Shown here piece after piece: positions 58,734 through 64,000 of a stretch of DNA of 64,000 nt. Below the pieces are notes generated by a model. It worked only from the letters and a program-made list of their open reading frames with translations, was not told the DNA's origin and did no database searches. Source of the stretch: an uncultured Candidatus Saccharibacteria bacterium (GTDB lineage Bacteria; Patescibacteriota; Minisyncoccia; SW-4-49-11); NCBI GenBank assembly GCA_964646465.1, contig CAZYEN010000029.1:2670-66669 (forward strand), written 5' to 3'. Position numbers and translations under genes: made by a program. Numbering within the stretch: position 1 is the first letter of the stretch; each line of letters starts with the position of its first letter.

Positions 58734-60524
58734 ATGTTGAATAAGTTATTACAAGTATATAATAAAACTCCATTATGGGTTTTTATCTTAGGTTTAACTT
58801 TAATTTTAGGAGTTTTGGCTTTTGGATCTAGTGCTGGAGATTCTTTGACTGTAGATGAAAGTCCACATATTGTAGCGGGGTATTCTTATGTAGTTGAGGG
58901 TGATTATCGTTTAAATCCAGAACATCCGCCACTGCTAAAATTATTATCAGGGATATCTATTTGGTTAGGGGATAAATTAACTTCTCAAAATATATATTTT
59001 CCTAACAATATACCGGCCTGGAATGAAAAGGTTAATGCTCAATGGGATATGGGTTATGAACTCTTATTTCAATCTGGAAATGATGCCGATACTATAATTT
59101 GGTGGGCTAGATTACCTACAATTCTAATTTTATTGTTGGGAGTTGTATGTATTGCGTATTCAGTCAATTATCATACAAAGAGTAAAAGTATTGCTATTAT
59201 TAGTAGTGTTTTGTATGTTTTTTCGCCAAATGTGATTGCTCATGGCAGATTAGTGACTACGGATTTAATCGCGAGTCTAACCTTTTTAGTAGTGATAGAT
59301 TTTTGGATTAGATATCTTAAAATTCCTAGTTGGAGACATATTATATATCTGACTTTAGCCATAGGCATAGCTTTCTTAGCTAAATTTTCCACAATACTAT
59401 TAATTCCATTAATGATATTGACTGGTTTTAGTTATATATTTATAAAATATTGGAAGGATAAAAGATTAATTTTTAAAAATATAATTTTAATACGAGATTT
59501 TATAATTATTGGTCTTGGGGTCTTTATAATAATAAATTTAGTTTATTTTATTACAATGCGTAATATGAGTCTAGATACTCAGCTGAGGTTAGTACAAGAA
59601 TCTTTTCCACAAGAAAATCAGATTTCTGATTTAACTAAACAAGGTTTATCTAATATTATTCAAACCCCATCTCTTAGATATTTTGGACAATACATGCTAG
59701 GTCAGGCTATGGTGATTCAGAGAGTCGGAGGCGGGAACACAACCTTTTTATTAGGTGAGTTTACCAACCAAAGTTTTATAGAGTATTTCCCACTAACCTA
59801 TTTACTAAAAGAAAATCTAGCGGCCATTCTTAGCTTATTTAGTATATTATTAATATCAGTAATTAAATTAACACATATATTTAGAGATAAAAAAATTAAT
59901 CTCAAGTCTAGGATTCTTAATAATTGGTATCTAATTACCATTATCTGTATGATAGCAATATACTGGATAATTAGTGTTAGAGGTAATCTAAATCTAGGGA
60001 TTAGACATATTTTACCAGCTGTTATTTTGACCTATATTGTTATTGCTTTTGGAATTGTCAAATTACTAATACCTATGAAATTTTCTAGGGTAATATTAGG
60101 GATATTTTTATCTTGGTATATTTTAGCTGCAATATTGACATATCCAAACTATATTTCAAGTTTGAATATATTAGCTGGTCAAAATCAAGGATATCAAACT
60201 TTCACAGATTCCAACTTAGATTGGGGACAAGATTTGAAAAGACTAAATAATTGGACTAAACAAAAAAACATTGATACACTATATATAGATTATTTTGGTA
60301 CTGGAGATGTGAAATATTATCTGCCTGATATCAACATAATACCCATTAAGTCAACTGATGGCCCACAAATTGGGTACACGGCAATTAGCGCCACTATGTT
60401 TCAAGATTCTTTCTATAATAGACAAAATGACCCATATTATCAAGAATATTGGTGGTTAGTATGGAGAAGGCCGGACTATATTATAGGAAATTCCATTCTA
60501 ATTTATTATAATGACAAATATTAA
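58734..60524 (+). CDS. GT-C glycosyltransferase (ArnT/PMT, GT39/83-like)
   Basis: TVDE, EHPPL, HGRLVTTD, AKF, RHILP, DSNLDWGQD. Confidence 0.85.
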   Translation: MLNKLLQVYNKTPLWVFILGLTLILGVLAFGSSAGDSLTVDESPHIVAGYSYVVEGDYRLNPEHPPLLKLLSGISIWLGDKLTSQNIYFPNNIPAWNEKVNAQWDMGYELLFQSGNDADTIIWWARLPTILILLLGVVCIAYSVNYHTKSKSIAIISSVLYVFSPNVIAHGRLVTTDLIASLTFLVVIDFWIRYLKIPSWRHIIYLTLAIGIAFLAKFSTILLIPLMILTGFSYIFIKYWKDKRLIFKNIILIRDFIIIGLGVFIIINLVYFITMRNMSLDTQLRLVQESFPQENQISDLTKQGLSNIIQTPSLRYFGQYMLGQAMVIQRVGGGNTTFLLGEFTNQSFIEYFPLTYLLKENLAAILSLFSILLISVIKLTHIFRDKKINLKSRILNNWYLITIICMIAIYWIISVRGNLNLGIRHILPAVILTYIVIAFGIVKLLIPMKFSRVILGIFLSWYILAAILTYPNYISSLNILAGQNQGYQTFTDSNLDWGQDLKRLNNWTKQKNIDTLYIDYFGTGDVKYYLPDINIIPIKSTDGPQIGYTAISATMFQDSFYNRQNDPYYQEYWWLVWRRPDYIIGNSILIYYNDKY

Positions 60525-60532
60525 ACAAATTT

Positions 60533-60997
60533 ATGCCAGAAATACCTAATAATACTGAAAATAATATTATTGAACAAAGTCAACACTCAATAGAGAGGCA
60601 GACTGAAAGTTTAAATTCAATAGAATATATTAAATCTGAATTTAATATAGAAACAGCTCAACCCAGAGTGGAGCAGCCTGTTGTGTATGAGAACGAGAAA
60701 CATATAAAGCAAGTTGTAGAAACTCAGAAACAAATATATCAATCCAATATATCTAATAAGCAGCTCTCAGATAAGATCCAAGAAAAATATAGTTGGCTCT
60801 TAAGTATTCCAGAAGCAAATAGAATAGATGTTTCTGTCAAACTGATTACCACCAAAGGAAAAGATATATTAGAAGTGATTCATGCCTTCTTGGCGATTGA
60901 GGATTATGTATCACTAGATAGGTTAGAAGAAAGTCTCAATGCAATTTACCCTACTCTAGTAAGTGAGGGTTTGCTTCCCGATGTACACGATAAATAA
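60533..60997 (+). CDS. Hypothetical protein upstream of the VirD4-like ATPase
   Basis: 154-aa ORF with operon-like spacing. Confidence 0.65.
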   Translation: MPEIPNNTENNIIEQSQHSIERQTESLNSIEYIKSEFNIETAQPRVEQPVVYENEKHIKQVVETQKQIYQSNISNKQLSDKIQEKYSWLLSIPEANRIDVSVKLITTKGKDILEVIHAFLAIEDYVSLDRLEESLNAIYPTLVSEGLLPDVHDK

Positions 60998-61005
60998 AAT
61001 TTATT

Positions 61006-63429
61006 ATGCTTACAGTTCTATATATAATTCTAATCATTTGGGCAGTAGCTATGATATATCTAATTACTAATTTGATTGTTCAGCCCTTTTGGGAAAAAAG
61101 AAGAGTAAATAGAGGTCTATCAATGACACAATATCAGATTATTGTTCCTCGTAACATCCCTAAACCTGAGTCTAATATCAAAGATCTGATTAGTATAATG
61201 GAACAAGTTTATGCTAGTTTTTCTTATCTAAAATTAGAAAACTTTATAAATAGAATTCGTTATAGTAATCCATATATATCTCTTGAAATCGTTAGTCCAA
61301 CTGAGAGAGATGAGATTAACTTTTATATTGGTGTGCCTAAAGGCTATGAGTCTATTTTTGAGAAACAAATTCATGGAGTATATCCTGAAGCTGAATTAAA
61401 AAGAATTACCGATTATAATGTTCTCGTGCCAGGAGCAGAGATTAGAGCTGGTTACCTAAAACTAAAAAAACCTTACGTTTTACCAGTTAAAACCTATAGA
61501 GAGTTGGAATCAAACCCTTTGAATGTTATAACTTCAGCTTTATCTAAAATTCAGGAAGATGAAAGTGCGGTCGTCCAGATCTTAATTCAAAGGATATCTG
61601 ATAATTGGATTGATAATGGACAAAAAGTAATGAAAAAGATGCAAAAAGGGGAGTCTTTCAAAGACGCTTACTCTGATGTTTTTGGAAGTTTAGATAGACA
61701 ATTTATCAAGACTTTAGGTCAAGTTACAAAATCAAAGAACCTTTCAGAAAATGAACCTAAAATACTATTACCTCAAGAATCTGTGATGTTAGAAAAAATT
61801 AGTCAGAAGACTTCTAAGGTAGCTTACGCAACTAATATTAGGCTATTAACTATATCTAAAGACAAGCATAGAGCAGATATGTTATTTGACCAGCTAGAAG
61901 GAGCTTTCGCTCAATTTGCTAACGGAGATCTGAATGAATTTAAGGTTGTTAAGTATCCAATTTATAATGTCAAACAATTCATCTATACATTTATATTTAG
62001 GTTATTCTCCGGCAAAGAGGCTATGATTTTGAATACTGAAGAGTTAACTAGTATCTATCATATCCCAGCTGTCGGAGTGGAGACGCCTAAAGTTACTTGG
62101 ATTACTTCCAAAACCTCACACCCTCCAGTAGATCTACCAAAAACAGGATTATTAATTGGTAAGAATATATATAGAGGAGAAGAAGTGGAAATTCGAATGA
62201 AAGAAGAAGACCGTAGGAGGCATATGTATCTGATTGGACAAACTGGAACGGGTAAAAGCTCTTTGATGAAAAAAATGATTCAAGAAGATTTAGAATCAGG
62301 ACATGGGTTAGCTTTACTTGATCCTAATGGAGACTTTGCAGTAGAGGTGTTAGGAATGATACCAGAGCATCGTATGAATGATGTTATTTACTTTAACCCT
62401 GCTGATACTCAATATCCAATGGGACTTAATATTCTTGAAGCTCGTATCCATGAAGAAAAAGACTTCTTGATTCAAGAAATGATTTCTATATTCTATAAAT
62501 TAGTCTCTGACCCTAGTATGATAGGTCCAATTTTTGAGCATAATATGCGAATGGCAATGGCAGCTTTAATGTCTGATGTTAATAATCCTAGAACTTTAGT
62601 TGAAATCCCTTTGATGTTTACAGACGAAGCTTTTAGAAGAGAAGTGTTATTAACTGTAGATGATCCAGTGATTAGACATTTCTGGGAAAAAGAATTTCCA
62701 GCTACTCAAAAAGGCTCCCAAGCAGGAGATACTTTAGGATATCTTTTGAGTAAATTAGGAAGATTTATTGAAAATGAAATGGTGAGAAACATAATTGGAC
62801 AATCTAGGTCAGCTTTTGATTTTCAAGATATTATGAATTCAGGTAAAATTTTGATTGGCAATTTATCCAAAGGGGGCTTAGGAGAACAAAATAGTAATCT
62901 ATTAGGTATGTTATTAGTCTCCAAATTGCAAATGGCGGCTTTTAAGCGAAATGAAATTCCAGAAGAGCAAAGACGAGACTTCTATCTTTATCTAGATGAG
63001 TTCCAAAACTTCACAACAGACAGCATCTCTACCATATTATCAGAAGCTCGTAAATATAGATTATGTCTAATTCTGGCTCACCAATATATAGGGCAATTAT
63101 CTGATGGAATTAGGAATGCAGTCTTTGGAAATGTTGGAACTGTTGTAAGTTTCAGGATTAGCTCCGATGATGCTGAAATTATAGCTCAAAGAATGCAACC
63201 ATATTATACAGTTGAAGATTTAGTGTTAATAGATAATCTTAAAGCAGTAATTACTTTAATGATTGATGGTAAAACCAGTAAAGCTTTTAATATGGAAGTA
63301 ATCTTTGCCAATAAATCAGATTTATCTCTACAACAAACGGTAATCATGCAATCAAGGCAAAAATATGCAAAACCAGTAGCTGAGATTAGAGCAGATATTG
63401 AGAGTCGCACCCATAGTATGTTACAATAA
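61006..63429 (+). CDS. TraG/TraD/VirD4-like (HerA/FtsK superfamily) membrane ATPase
   Basis: N-terminal TM; RRHMYLIGQTGTGKS, LDPNGD, YLDEFQNF, EARKY...AHQY. Confidence 0.88.
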   Translation: MLTVLYIILIIWAVAMIYLITNLIVQPFWEKRRVNRGLSMTQYQIIVPRNIPKPESNIKDLISIMEQVYASFSYLKLENFINRIRYSNPYISLEIVSPTERDEINFYIGVPKGYESIFEKQIHGVYPEAELKRITDYNVLVPGAEIRAGYLKLKKPYVLPVKTYRELESNPLNVITSALSKIQEDESAVVQILIQRISDNWIDNGQKVMKKMQKGESFKDAYSDVFGSLDRQFIKTLGQVTKSKNLSENEPKILLPQESVMLEKISQKTSKVAYATNIRLLTISKDKHRADMLFDQLEGAFAQFANGDLNEFKVVKYPIYNVKQFIYTFIFRLFSGKEAMILNTEELTSIYHIPAVGVETPKVTWITSKTSHPPVDLPKTGLLIGKNIYRGEEVEIRMKEEDRRRHMYLIGQTGTGKSSLMKKMIQEDLESGHGLALLDPNGDFAVEVLGMIPEHRMNDVIYFNPADTQYPMGLNILEARIHEEKDFLIQEMISIFYKLVSDPSMIGPIFEHNMRMAMAALMSDVNNPRTLVEIPLMFTDEAFRREVLLTVDDPVIRHFWEKEFPATQKGSQAGDTLGYLLSKLGRFIENEMVRNIIGQSRSAFDFQDIMNSGKILIGNLSKGGLGEQNSNLLGMLLVSKLQMAAFKRNEIPEEQRRDFYLYLDEFQNFTTDSISTILSEARKYRLCLILAHQYIGQLSDGIRNAVFGNVGTVVSFRISSDDAEIIAQRMQPYYTVEDLVLIDNLKAVITLMIDGKTSKAFNMEVIFANKSDLSLQQTVIMQSRQKYAKPVAEIRADIESRTHSMLQ

Positions 63430-63448
63430 AATTTATTAAATAATATTT

Positions 63449-64000
63449 ATGATTAATATTTGTCTTACCGGAATTAAACCCACAGGAAGTTTGCATATTG
63501 GTAACTATTTTGGAGCTATGAAACCCATTTTAGAGCTATCTAAACAAGCTGAATTTGATAGAACTTTAGTATTTATAGCTAATTTACATTCGCTTAATAG
63601 TATTAAAGATGGGGAAACTCTGCGAACCTATACCCAAGACATTGCGCTTGATTATTTAGCATTAGATTTAGATTTAGCTAAAACAAGTTTATTTTTACAA
63701 TCAGACATTAAACCGCTGACTGAGCTTACATGGATATTCAATAATCTAGTTACAGTCGCTTATTTAGAGAGGTCTCATGCCTATAAAGATGCAATTGATA
63801 ATGGCAAAGAAGCCAATATGGGATTATTTGACTATCCGGTTTTGATGGCAGCAGATATTTTATTGTATCAATCCAATGTAGTACCAGTGGGACAAGACCA
63901 AAAACAACATATTGAAATTGCTCAAACTATAGCCAAAAAATTCAACTCTCAATATGGTCAATTCTTCATCATCCCCAAACCGTATATTCAAGAAAATACA
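63449..64000 (+). CDS. trpS: Tryptophan--tRNA ligase, partial (absent from the ORF track)
   Basis: MINICLTGIKPTGSLHIGNYFG...YPVLMAADILLY...VPVGQDQKQHIE. Confidence 0.95.
   Translation, partial: MINICLTGIKPTGSLHIGNYFGAMKPILELSKQAEFDRTLVFIANLHSLNSIKDGETLRTYTQDIALDYLALDLDLAKTSLFLQSDIKPLTELTWIFNNLVTVAYLERSHAYKDAIDNGKEANMGLFDYPVLMAADILLYQSNVVPVGQDQKQHIEIAQTIAKKFNSQYGQFFIIPKPYIQENT

Noticed and set aside
1-64000. Alternative genetic code 25 (UGA=Gly)
   Set aside because: Conserved genes are full length in code 11, and TGA serves as a stop in ATGA overlaps (e.g. 6628-6631)

Overview
AT-rich bacterial chromosome segment read in standard code 11. Gene content suggests Patescibacteria/CPR, probably Parcubacteria-like (inference): short Pgk and ProS, a conserved VirD4-like ATPase, a Nudix-fused LeuS, core genes mostly without Shine-Dalgarno. 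The housekeeping backbone includes a complete V/A-type ATPase operon with Na+ signature, CCA enzyme plus tRNA-Thr(CGT), cysS, tsaE, a double-domain PilB-type ATPase, pgk, proS, crtE-crtB-like genes, recA, two gpmA-like genes, leuS, glgP, rpmA, ftsQ and partial trpS. Accessory hotspots interrupt it: (i) 0-2.7 kb, orphan genes with promoter/terminator signals; (ii) 5.5-11.9 kb, a Zur/Fur-box metallochaperone pair and an acyl-ACP-reductase-like enzyme next to an orphan 7TM kinase; (iii) 14.7-20.1 kb, a conflict island around a dif-like XerCD site, with a secreted ricin-B/papain-fold toxin candidate and four small membrane immunity candidates, a GIY-YIG nuclease, and an antitoxin-less MazF facing a predicted ~50-nt RNA between inverted GC-rich repeats; (iv) 30.4-31.7 kb, orphans around a REP cluster. 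No CRISPR array, rRNA or transposase was seen. All calls come from motif recognition by eye; no database search was run.
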